64,000 nt of DNA from Octopus vulgaris (taxonomy: Eukaryota), in assembly GCA_951406725.2 (NCBI GenBank), contig OX597825.1:71672001-71736000 (forward strand). Direction: 5' to 3'. The position numbers and the translations under genes are program-made. Below, piece by piece: positions 25,901 through 37,900 of this stretch (position 1 is its first letter; each line of letters begins with the position of its first letter). The notes under the pieces are model-generated. The model worked only from the letters and a program-made list of their open reading frames with translations. It searched no databases and was not told where the DNA came from.

Positions 25901-28900
25901 GACACCAGAACAGCGTAGTCGATTACAAGAAACGGAGAGCATTGTAAGGTCCATATACGATCAGCGAAGTCAGATAAGTGGAATAATGAGTATTCCAAGT
26001 TCAATAACAGACCGGCTGAGTGAAGTATCTGAAAGAGAGAGTATTTCCAGTAAAATCCCAGACGAACGGAGTCGATTATCAGAGACAGAGAGTACTATCA
26101 GATCGATATCAGATCTGCGAAGTCAGATATCAGATACAATGAGTATACCCAGCTCAATAATGGACCGTCGGAGTGAAGTATATACAAGGGAGAGCATTCC
26201 CAGTACAATAGAAACCCAGAGAAGTCTATCATCAGAAAGAGAGAGTTCTTTCAGATCGACACCAGACCAGCGAAGTGAAATACCTGGAAGAATGAGTATT
26301 CCCAGTTCAATAACAGACCGGCGGAGTGAAGTATCCGAAAGAGAGAGTATTCCAAGCTCATTAGCAGATCAACGAAGTCGACTATCAGAAAGAGAAAGTA
26401 CTATCAGATCAATGTCAGATGAGCGAAGTCAGATATCAGGAACGATGAGTATCCCTAGTTCAATAACAGATCGGCGAAGTCAAATATCTGAAAGAGAGAG
26501 TATTCCCAGTACAATAGCTGATCAACTAAGTCGATTATCCGAAAGAGAGAGTACTATTAGATCGATATCAGATCAGCGAAGTCAGATATCGGGTACAATG
26601 AGTATTCCTAGCTCAATAACAGACCGTCGTAGTGAAGAATCTGAAAGAGAAAGTATTCAGAGTAAATTAGCAGATCAACGAAGTCGATTATCCGAAAGAG
26701 AGAGTACTATCAGATCGATATCTGACGAGCGAACTAAGATATCGGGAACGATGAGTATTCCCAGTTCAATAACAGACCGCAGGAGTGAAGTATCTGAAAG
26801 AGAAAGTATTCCCAGTACAATAGCTGATCAACTAAGTCGATTATCCGAAAGAGAGAGTACTGTCAGATCGATATCAGATCAGCGAAGTCAGATATCGGGG
26901 ACGATGAGTATTCCCAGTTCACTAACAGACCGTCGGACCGAAATATCTGAAAGAGAAAGTATTCCCAGTACAATTATGGATCAACGAAGTCGATTATCCG
27001 AAAGAGAGAGTACTGTCAGATCGATATCAGATCAGCGAAGTCAGATATCAGGAATAATGAGTATTCCCAGCTCAATAACCGACCGTCGGACCGAAATATC
27101 TGAAAGAGAAAGTATTCCCAGTACTATAGCAGATCAACGAAGTCGATTATCCGAAAGAGAGAGTACTGTCAGATCGATATCAGATGGACGAAGTCAGATA
27201 TCTGGAACAATGAGTATTCCCAGCTCAATAACGGACCGTCGGACCGAAATATCTGAAAGAGAAAGTATTCCCAGTACTATAGCAGATCAACGAAGTCGAT
27301 TATCCGAAAGAGAGAGTACTGTCAGATCGATATCAGATCAGCGAAGTCAGATATCGGGAACAATGAGTATTCCCATTTCAGTAACAGACCGCAAGAGTGA
27401 AGTAACTGAAAGAGAGAGTATTCCCAGCACTATAGCAGATCAACGAAGTCGATTATCCGAAAGAGAGAGTACTGTCAGATCGATATCAGATGGACGAAGT
27501 CAGATATCGGGAACAATGAGTATTCCCAGTTCAATAACGGACCGTCGCACCGAAATATCTGAAAGAGAAAGTATTCCCAGTACAATGACGGATCAACGAA
27601 GTCGATTATCCGAAAGAGAGAGTACTGTCAGATCGATATCAGATCAGCGAAGTCAGATATCGGGAACAATGAGTATTCCAAGTTCAATAACGGACCGCAG
27701 GAGTGAAGTATCTGAAAGAGAAAGTATTCCGAGTACAATAGCAGATCAACGAAGTCGATTATCCGAAAGAGAGAGTACTATCAGATCGATATCCGATCAG
27801 CGAAGTCAGATATCGGGAACGATGAGTATTCCCAGCTCAATAACGGACCGTCGGACCGAAATATCTGAAAGAGAAAGTATTCCCAGTACTATAGCAGATC
27901 AACGAAGTCGATTATCCGAAAGAGAGAGTACTATCAGACCAACATCAGATGGACGAAGTCAGATATCGGGGATGATAAGTATTCCCAGTTCAATAACAGA
28001 CCGCAGGAGTGAAGTATCTGAAAGAGAAAGTATTCCGAGTACAATTGCAGATCAACGAAGTCGATTATCCGAAAGAGAGAGTACAGTCAGATCGATATCA
28101 GATGAGCAAATTCAGATATCGGGAACAATGAGTATTCCCAGTTCAATAACGGACCGACGGAGTGAAGTATCTGAAAGAGAGAGTATTCCCAGTACAATGA
28201 CTGATCAACGAAGTCGATTATCTGAAAGAGAGAGTAGGATAAGATCGATATCAGATGGGCGAAGTCAGATATCGGGAACGATGAGTATTCCCAGTTCAAT
28301 AACAGACCGACGGAGTGAAATATTTGAAAGGGAGAGTTATCCAAGTACAGTAGCAGATCAACGCAGTCGATTATCCGAAAGAGAGAGTACAGTCAGATCG
28401 ATATCAGATGATCGAAGTCAGATATCGGGAACAATGAGTATTCCCAGTTCAATAACGTACCGTCGGAGTGAAGTATCTGAAAGAGAGAGTATTCCCAGTA
28501 CAATGACAGATCAACGAAGTCGATTATCAGAAAGAGAGAGTAGGATAAGATCGATATCAGATGGACGAAGTCAAATATCCAAGACAATGAGTATTCCCAG
28601 TTCAATAACAGACCGACGGAGTGAAATATTTGAAAGTGAGAGTTATCCAAGTACAATAGCAGATCAACGAAGTCGATTATCCGAAAGAGAAAGTACTATC
28701 AGATCGATATCAGATGAGCGAAGTAAGATATCGGGAACAATGAGTATTCCCAGTTCAGTAACAGACCGCAGGAGTGAAGTAACTGAAAGAGAAAGTATTC
28801 CGAGTACAATTGCAGATCAACGAAGTCGATTATCCGAGAGGGAGAGTACTATCAGATCGATATCAGATCAGCCAAGTCAGATATCGGGGACGATGAGTAT

Positions 28901-31900
28901 TCCCAGTTCAATAACAGACCGCAGGAGTGAAGTATCTGAAAGAGAAAGTATTCCGAGTACAATAGCAGATCAACTAAGTCGATTATCCGAAAGAGAGAGT
29001 ACTATCAGATCGATATCAGATCAGCGAAGTCAGATATCGGAAACAATGAGTATTCCCAGTTCTGTAACAGACCGCAGGAGTGAAGTATCTGAAAGAGAGA
29101 GTATTCCCAGTACAATAGCAGATCAACGGAGTCGATTATCTGAAAGAGAGAGTACTATCAGATCGATATCAGATCAGCGAAGTCAGATATCGGGGACGAT
29201 GAGTATTCCCAGTTCAATAACGGACCGTCGAAGTGAAATATCTGAAAGAGAATGTATTCCGAGTACAATAGCTGATCAACTAAGTCGATTATCCGAAAGA
29301 GAGAGCACTATCAGATCGATATCAGATGGACGAAGTCAGATATCGGAAACAATGAGTATTCCCAGTTCTGTAACAGACCGCAGGAGTGAAGTATCTGAAA
29401 GAGAGAGTATTCCCAGTACAATAGCAGATCAACGAAGTCGATTATCTGAAAGAGAGAGTACTATCAGATCGATATCAGAGGGGCGAAGTCAGATATCGGG
29501 GACGATGAGTATTCCCCGTTCAATAACAGACCGCAGGAGTGAAGTATCTGAAAGGGAGAGTACTCCGAGTACAATATCAGACGAACGAAGTCGATTATCA
29601 GAAAGAGAGAGTACTATCAGATCGGCATCAGTTGAAGAAAGTAAGACTTCTGAACAAATAAGTCTCCCCAGTTCAAGAACTGACCGAGGGAGTGAAATAT
29701 CTGAAAGGGAGTCTGTTCCCAGTACAATTATTCACCAAGGAAGTCGGTTATCAGAAAGCGAGAGCACTTTTAGATCTAAATCAGATCTGCAAAGTCAGAT
29801 ATCTGCAGCAGAGAGTATTCCGAGTTCAATAAGAAGCGGGCCGGGTGTGGTGTCTGAAAGAGCGGGTATAGTAAGGTTTTTACCAGACCAACGAAGGCGA
29901 TTATCAGAAAGAGAAACTCCTGTCAGGTCGATAGCAGATCAACGAAGTCAGATATTTGCAAGGTTGCATATTCCCAGTTCAGTATCAGAATGGCAAAGTG
30001 AAGCATCTGAAAGAGAAATTAGTCCCAGGGCAATATCAGACGAACGAAGTCGATTATCAGAAAGAGAGAGTACAATCAGTTCGATACCAGATGAACGCAG
30101 TCAAATAGCTGAAACAGCGAGTGTCCCTAGTTCAGTAATGGAGGTGAGGAGTGAAGTATATGAAAGAGCTCGTATTGTAAGTACGATACCTGACCAACAA
30201 AGTCGATTATCAGAAAGAGAGAGTATTATTAGATCTATATACGATCAACGAAGTCGGATATCTAGAACAATGAGTACCCCCAGTTCAATAAGTGATCGAC
30301 TCAGTGAAATATTTGAAAGGGAGAGTATTCCCAGTAAAATAGAAGACCAACGAAGTCGATTATCAGAAGGGGAAGGTACAATCAGATCCATATCAGGTCC
30401 ACGAAGTCAGATATCGGGAACATTAAGTATTCCTAGTTCAATAATAGACCGTCGGAGTGCGGTATCTGAAAGAGAGAGTATGACCAGAACAATGACAGAG
30501 CCAACAAGTCGATTATCAGGAACCGAAAGTACTATCACATCAATTTCAGGTCCACGCAGTCAGATATCGGGAACAATGAGTATTCCCAGTTCAATAATAG
30601 ACCGGCGAAGTGCAGTATCTGAAAGAAAGAGTACTCCCAGTACAATGACAGAGCAACGAAGTCAATTAACAGGAAGCGAAAGCACTATCACATCCATTTC
30701 AGGACCACGAAGTCAGATATCGGGAACAATGAGTATTCCCAGTTCAATGACGGACCGTCGGACCGAAATGTCTGAAAGAGAAAGTATTCCCAGTTCAATG
30801 ACGGATCAACGAAGTCGATTATCCGAAAGAGAGAGTACTGTCAGATCGATATCAGATCAGCGAAGTCAGATATCGGGAACAATGAGTATTCCCAGTTCAA
30901 TAACAGACCGGCGGACCGAAATATCAGAAAGAGAAAGTATTCCCAGTTCAATGACGGATCAACGAAGTCGATTATCCGAAAGAGAGAGTACTATCAGATC
31001 GATATCAGATGGTCGAAGTCAGATATCGGGAACAATGAGTATTCCCAGTTCAATAACAGACCGGCGGACCGAAATATCAGAAAGAGAAAGTATTCCTAGT
31101 ACAATGACGGATCAACGAAGTCGATTATCCGAAAGAGAGAGTACTATCAGATCGATATCAGATGGTCGAAGTCAGATATCGGGAACAATGAGTATTCCCA
31201 GTTCAATAACAGACCGGCGGACCGAAATATCAGAAAGAGAAAGTATTCCTAGTACAATGACGGATCAACGAAGTCGATTATCCGAAAGAGTACTATCAGA
31301 TCGATATCAGATGGTCGAAGTCAGATATCGGGAACAATGAGTATTCCCAGTTCAATAACAGACCGTCGCACCGAAATATCAGAAAGAGAAAGTATTCCCA
31401 GTACAATGACGGATCAACGAAGTCGATTATCCGAAAGAGAGAGTACTATCAGATCGATATCAGATGGTCGAAGTCAGATATCGGGAACAATGAGTATTCC
31501 CAGTTCAATAACAGACCGTCGCACCGAAATATCAGAAAGAGAAAGTATTCCCAGTTCAATGACGGATCAACGAAGTCGATTATCCGAAAGAGAAAGTACT
31601 ATCAGATCGATATCAGATGGTCGAAGTCAGATTACGGGAACAATGAGTATTCCCAGTTCAATAACAGACCGCAGGAGTGAAGTATCTGAAAGAGAAAGTA
31701 TTCCCAGTTCAATGACGGATCAACGAAGTCGATTATCCGAAAGAGAGAGTACTATCAGATCGATATCAGATGGTCGAAGTCAGATATCGGGAACAATGAG
31801 TATTCCCATTTCAGTAACAGACCGCAAGAGTGAAGTAACTGAAAGAGAGAGTATTCCCAGCACTATAGCAGATCAACGAAGTCGATTATCCGAAAGAGAA

Positions 31901-34900
31901 AGTACTATCAGATCGATATCAGATCAGCGAAGTCAGATATCGGGAACAATGAGTATTCCCAGCTCAATAACGGACCGTCGGACCGAAATGTCTGTAAGAG
32001 AAAGTATTCCTAGTACAATGACGGATCAACGAAGTCGATTATCCGAAAGAGAGAGTACTATCAGATCGATATCAGATCAGCGAAGTCAGATATCGGGAAC
32101 AATGAGTATTCCTAGTTCAATGACGGACCGTCGGACCGAAATGTCTGTAAGAGAAAGTATTCCTAGTACAATGACGGATCAACGAAGTCGATTATCCGAA
32201 AGAGAGAGTACTATCAGATCGATATCAGATCAGCGAAGTCAGATATCTGGAACAATGAGTATTCCCAGTTCAATAACGGACCGTCGCACCGAAATATCTG
32301 AAAGAGAAAGTATTCCCAGTACAATGACGGATCAACGAAGTCGATTATCCGAAAGAGAGAGTACTATCAGATCGATATCAGATGGTCGAAGTCAGATATC
32401 TGGAACCTTGAGTATTCCCAGTTCAATAACGGACCGTCGCACCGAAATATCTGAAAGAGAAAGTATTCCCAGTACAATGACGGATCAACGAAGTCGATTA
32501 TCCGAAAGAGAGTACTATCAGATCGATATCAGATGGTCGGAGTCAGATATCTGGAACACTGAGTATTCCCAGTTCAATAACGGACCGCAGGAGTGAAGTA
32601 TCTGAAAGAGAAAGTATTCCAAGTACAATGAAGGATCAACGAAGTCGATTATCCGAAAGAGAGAGTACTATCAGATCGATATCAGATCAGCGAAGTCAGA
32701 TATCGGGAACGATGAGTATTCCCAGCTCAATAACAGACCGTCGCACCGAAATATCTGAAAGAGAAAGTATTCCCAGTACTATAGCAGATCAACGAAGTCG
32801 ATTATCCGAAAGAGATAGTACTATCAGATCGATATCAGATGGACGAAGTCAGATATCGGGAACAATGAGCATTCCCAGTTCAATAACGGACCGTCGCACC
32901 GAAATATCTGAAAGAGAAAGTATTCCCAGTACAATGACGGATCAACGAAGTCGATTATCCGAAAGAGAGAGTACTATCAGATCGATATCAGATCAGCGAA
33001 GTCAGATATCGGGAACAATGAGTATCCCCAGTTCAATAAAGGATCGTCTGAGTGAAGTATCTGAAAGAAAAAGTATTCCCAGTACAATGATGGATCAACG
33101 AAGTCGATTATCCGAAAGAGAGAGTATTGTCAGATCGATATCTGATGCGCAAAGTCAGTTATCTGGAACACCGAGTATTCCCAGTTCAATAACGGACCGC
33201 AGGAGTGAAGTATCTGAAAGAGAGAGAATCCCCAGTACAATGACGGATCAACGAAGTCGATTATCCGAAAGAGAGAGTACTATCAGATCGATATCAGATG
33301 GTCGGAGTCAGATATCTGGAACAATGAGTATTCCCAGTTCAATAACGGACCGTCGCACCGAAATATCTGAAAGAGAAAGTATTCCTAGTACAATGACGTA
33401 TCCACGAAGTCGATTATCCGAAAGAGAGAGTACTGTCAGATCGATATCAGAGGGGCGAAGTCAGATAACGGAGACGATGAGTATTCCCAGCTCAATAACA
33501 GACCGCAGGAGTGAAGTATCTGAAAGAGAAAGTATCCCCAGTACAATGACGGATCAACGAAGTCGATTATCCGAAAGAGAGAGTACTGTCAGATCGATAG
33601 CAGATCAGCGAAGTCAGATATCTGAAACAATGAGTATTCCCAGTTCAATAACGGATCGTCGGAGTGAAGTATCTGAAAGAGAGAGTATCCCCAGTACAAT
33701 GACGGATCAACGAAGTCGGTTATCCGAAAGAGAGAGTACTATCAGATCGATATCAGATGGGCGAAGTCAGATATCTGGAAGAATGAGTATTCCCAGTTCA
33801 ATAACGGACCGTCGGAGTGAAGTATCTGAAAGAGAGAGTATTCCCAGTACTATAGCAGATCAACGAAGTCGATTATCCGAAAGAGATAGTACTATCAGAT
33901 CGATATCAGATGATCGAAGTTATACATCGGGAACAATGAGTACTCCGAGTTCAATGACAGACCGACGGAGTGAAGTATGGATGCCAGACCATAGAAGTAG
34001 ATTATCAGAAAGAGAGAGCACTGTCAGTTCGATATCAGATGGGCGAAGTGAAATGTCCAGAACAAGGAGTGTTCGAAGTTCAACATCCAACCGTCGGAGT
34101 GATGTAACTGAAAGAGAGTCTGTCCCCAGTACATTCACAGAACAACGAAGTCGGTTATCGGAAAGGGAGAGTACTATCGGATTAACATCAGATGATCGGA
34201 GTCAGATATCCGGTTCAATGAGTATTTCCACTTCGGAAGCAGACCGGCGGAGTGATGTAACTGATAAAGAGAGTATTCCCAGTATAATAGCTGCTCATCG
34301 AAGCCGTTTATCAGAAAAAGAGGTTACTCAATCTCCTGTATCTGACATTCAGAGTCCGATATCAGAGAGAGAAAATCCACAGTTTGACACCGGAAAAGTG
34401 GAGTCAAATATCAGAAAGAGAGAGAATGGAAGTCTCTACGGCAGACCAACGAAGCGCAACACCTAGCAAACGCACTATTCGCAGTTCAATAGCCGATATT
34501 CGTAGTCAAATATCCCGAAGTATGAGAAGTCTCATATCTCCGTTAGATAAGCGGAGTCGCATATCAGAAAAGGAGAGCATTCCGACTTCAATAGCCCATC
34601 AGCTAAGTCAATTATCTGGTAAGGAGAACATTCTTAGTTCTCCGCCAGTCGAAGTGAGTCATGTATCTGAAAGAGAGAGTATTCCTAGTTTAATGAGAGA
34701 CCAACGTAGTCAGATATCTGGACGAGAGAGTATTCTCAGTTCAATGGCTGACCAACGAAGTATATCATCTGGAAGGGAGAGAATACATAGTTCAAAAGAA
34801 GAACAGCCTAGTTCAATAACAAGAATACAGAGTATCTCTAGGGAAATGGGAGATCAACACAGTCAAATTACTGGACAAGATAGCCGTGTGTCTCTAAGGC

Positions 34901-37900
34901 ACAGTACGTTATCGAGAAGCGACAGCAATCTGAGTTCTGTACAAGATCAAGAAAGCCATATATCTGAACCACCATCTATTCGAAGTTCGCTCTCAGAGGA
35001 ATTGAGTCAAATATCTGGAAAACATAGTAGAGTTAGTACAGTACCAGAACAATGGAGTAAACCATCGCGAACTGAGAGCTTACGTATTTCTGTACCAGAC
35101 GAGCAGATAAGTGGAAGAGAAAGTATTCAAAGTCCACTGTCTCTCCAAAGGAGCGAAATATTTGAAAGAGAAAGAATGCATAGTAATGTATTAAGTCAAA
35201 GGAGTCGGGATGATGAAAGTGCATCATTTAAAACTTTTATACCTGAACAGGGAAGTCGAATAACAGAGAGAGAAAGTATTGTTCGTTCCATACCAGACCA
35301 ACGCAGCCGACTTTATGAAACAGTGAGTACTGAGAGACCTTTCGCTGAAGAACGTCAGTTATCTAAAAGCGATATTAGTGTTCAGTCTGGTCCAGACGAA
35401 CGGAGTTATACGTCTAGAAGAGAGATTATTCGTAGTTTAACAACAGAACCGAGCATAATATCAGGAAGAGAAAGTATTCCTGGTTCAATGATAGACAGAC
35501 GTAGTCAGATATCTGGAAAGGAGAGTACCCTCAGTTCAATGACAGACCAGCGAAGTCTGACATCTGGAAGAGAGAGTACTCCCAGTTCTATGACAGACCG
35601 ACGAAGTCAGATATCTGGAAGAGAAAGTATTCCCAGTACGATGAGAGACCGACGAAGTCAGATATCTGGAAGGGAGAGTATTCCCAGTTCCATGAGAGAC
35701 GAACGAAGTCAGATATCTGGAAGAGAGAGTATTCCCAGTTCAATGAGAGACGAACGAAGTCAGATATCTGGAAGAGAGAGTATTCCCAGTTCAATGAGAG
35801 ACGAACGAAGTCAGATATCTGAAAGAGAGAGTATTCCCAGTTCAATGAGAGACCAACGAAGTCAGATATCTGGAAGAGAGAGTATTCCCAGTTCAATGAG
35901 AGACGAACGAAGTCAGATATCTGGAAGAGAGAGTATTCCCAGTTCAATGACAGACCGACGAAGTCAGATATCTGGAAGAGAGAGTACTCCCAGTTCAATG
36001 AGAGACGAACGAAGTCAGATATCTGGAAGAGAGAGTACTCGTAGTTCAATGAGAGACGAACGAAGTCAGATATCTGGAAGAGAGAGTACTCCCAGTTCAA
36101 TGAGAGACGAACGAAGTCAGATATCTGGAAGAGAGAGTATTCCCAGTTCAATGAGAGACGAACGAAGTCATATATCTGGAAGAGAGAGTACACGTAGTTC
36201 AATGAGAGACGAACGAAGTCAGATATCTGGAAGAGAGAGTACTCCTAGTTCAATGAGAGACGAACGAAGTCAGATATCTGGAAGAGAGAGTATTCCCAGT
36301 TCAATGAGAGACGAACGAAGTCAGATATCTGGAAGAGAGAGTACTCGTAGTTCAATGAGAGACGAACGAAGTCAGATATCTGGAAGAGAGAGTATTCCCA
36401 GTTCAATGAGAGACGAACGAAGTCAGATATCTGGAAGAGAGAGCACTCGTAGTTCAATGAGAGACGAACGAAGTCATATATCTGGAAGAGAGAGTATTCC
36501 CAGTTCAATGAGAGACGAACGAAGTCAGATATCTGGAAGAGAGAGTACTCGTAGTTCAATGAGAGACGAACGAAGTCAGATATCTGGAAGAGAGAGTATT
36601 CCCAGTTCAATGAGAGACGAACGAAGTCAGATATCTGGAAGAGAGTATTCCCAGTTCAATGAGAGACGAACGAAGTCAGATATCTGGAAGAGAGAGTATT
36701 CCCAGTTCAATGAGAGACGAACGAAGTCAGATATCTGGAAGAGAGAGTATTCCCAGTTCAATGAGAGACGAACGAAGTCAGATATCTGGAAGAGAGAGTA
36801 TTCCCAGTTCAATGAGAGACGAACGAAGTCAGATATCTGGAAGAGAGAGTACTCGTAGTTCAATGAGAGACGAACGAAGTCAGATATCTGGAAGAGAAAG
36901 TATTCCTAGTTCAATGAGAGACCAACGAAGTCAGATATCTGGAAGAGAGAGTATTCCTAGTTCAATGAGAGACGAACGAAGTCAGATATCTGGAAGAGAG
37001 AGTATTCCTAGTTCAATGAGAGACCAACGAAGTCAGATATCTGGGAGAGAGAGTATTCCCAGTTCAGAGCAGCACAGTCACGTATCAGAAAGAGATAGTA
37101 TTTTTAGTTCAAGACCAGAACAACGGACACAAACATCTAGAAGTGAGAGTAGTCTTAGTTCAATAGTAGATCAACCGAGTGAGGCATCCGTATCTGAGTG
37201 TATGCTTCATTCTACTCCCGATGAACAGCTTCAGATATCTAGAGGAGAAAGTGCTCGTACTTCAATTCCCAACCAGCGCAGTCAGATATCAGATAGATGG
37301 AATACATTTAGTTCTATGCAAGACCAGGAGAATCAGGTCTTTCATAGAGAGAGTATTCTTGGTTCGGTACCAGAACAGTGGAGTCAGGTATTTCTCAGAA
37401 GAGAGAGTATTCAAAGATCAGTACCAAACCAGCGGAGTCAGATATCTGAAAGTGAGAATATTCGCCAAACTATAGCACCTCATCTGACATATATATCTGC
37501 AAGAGAGAGTACTCCCAGTTTAATAGTTGAGCTAGGGAGTCATATATCTGATAGAGCGAGTATTCACAGTTCAACGTCTGACCAGCGGAGCCAGATTACT
37601 GGAAAGGAAAGTTTTGTCAGTTCATTACCAGATCAAGGAAGTCAAATATCTGAGAAAGAGCGTATTTTTACTCCAGTAACAGACCAACGGAGACAGGTGT
37701 CTGAAAGAGAGAGTAGTTTTAGTTCAGTTCCAGGTCACCGCAGTCAAGTATTCCAAGGTGAGAGTGTTCCAAGTTCAGTAGCTGACCAAATGAGCCAGAA
37801 ATCTGGAAGTGAGATAGTTTACACTCCTGTATCAAATGAATGGAGACAATTATCTAGAAATGAAAGCATCGTAGGTTCAACACCATTTCAACGAAGTCAG

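Noticed and set aside
35560-37060. Regular 51-bp repeats resembling a CRISPR array
   Set aside because: No unique spacers, period is a multiple of 3 inside an open ORF, eukaryotic context, no cas genes.
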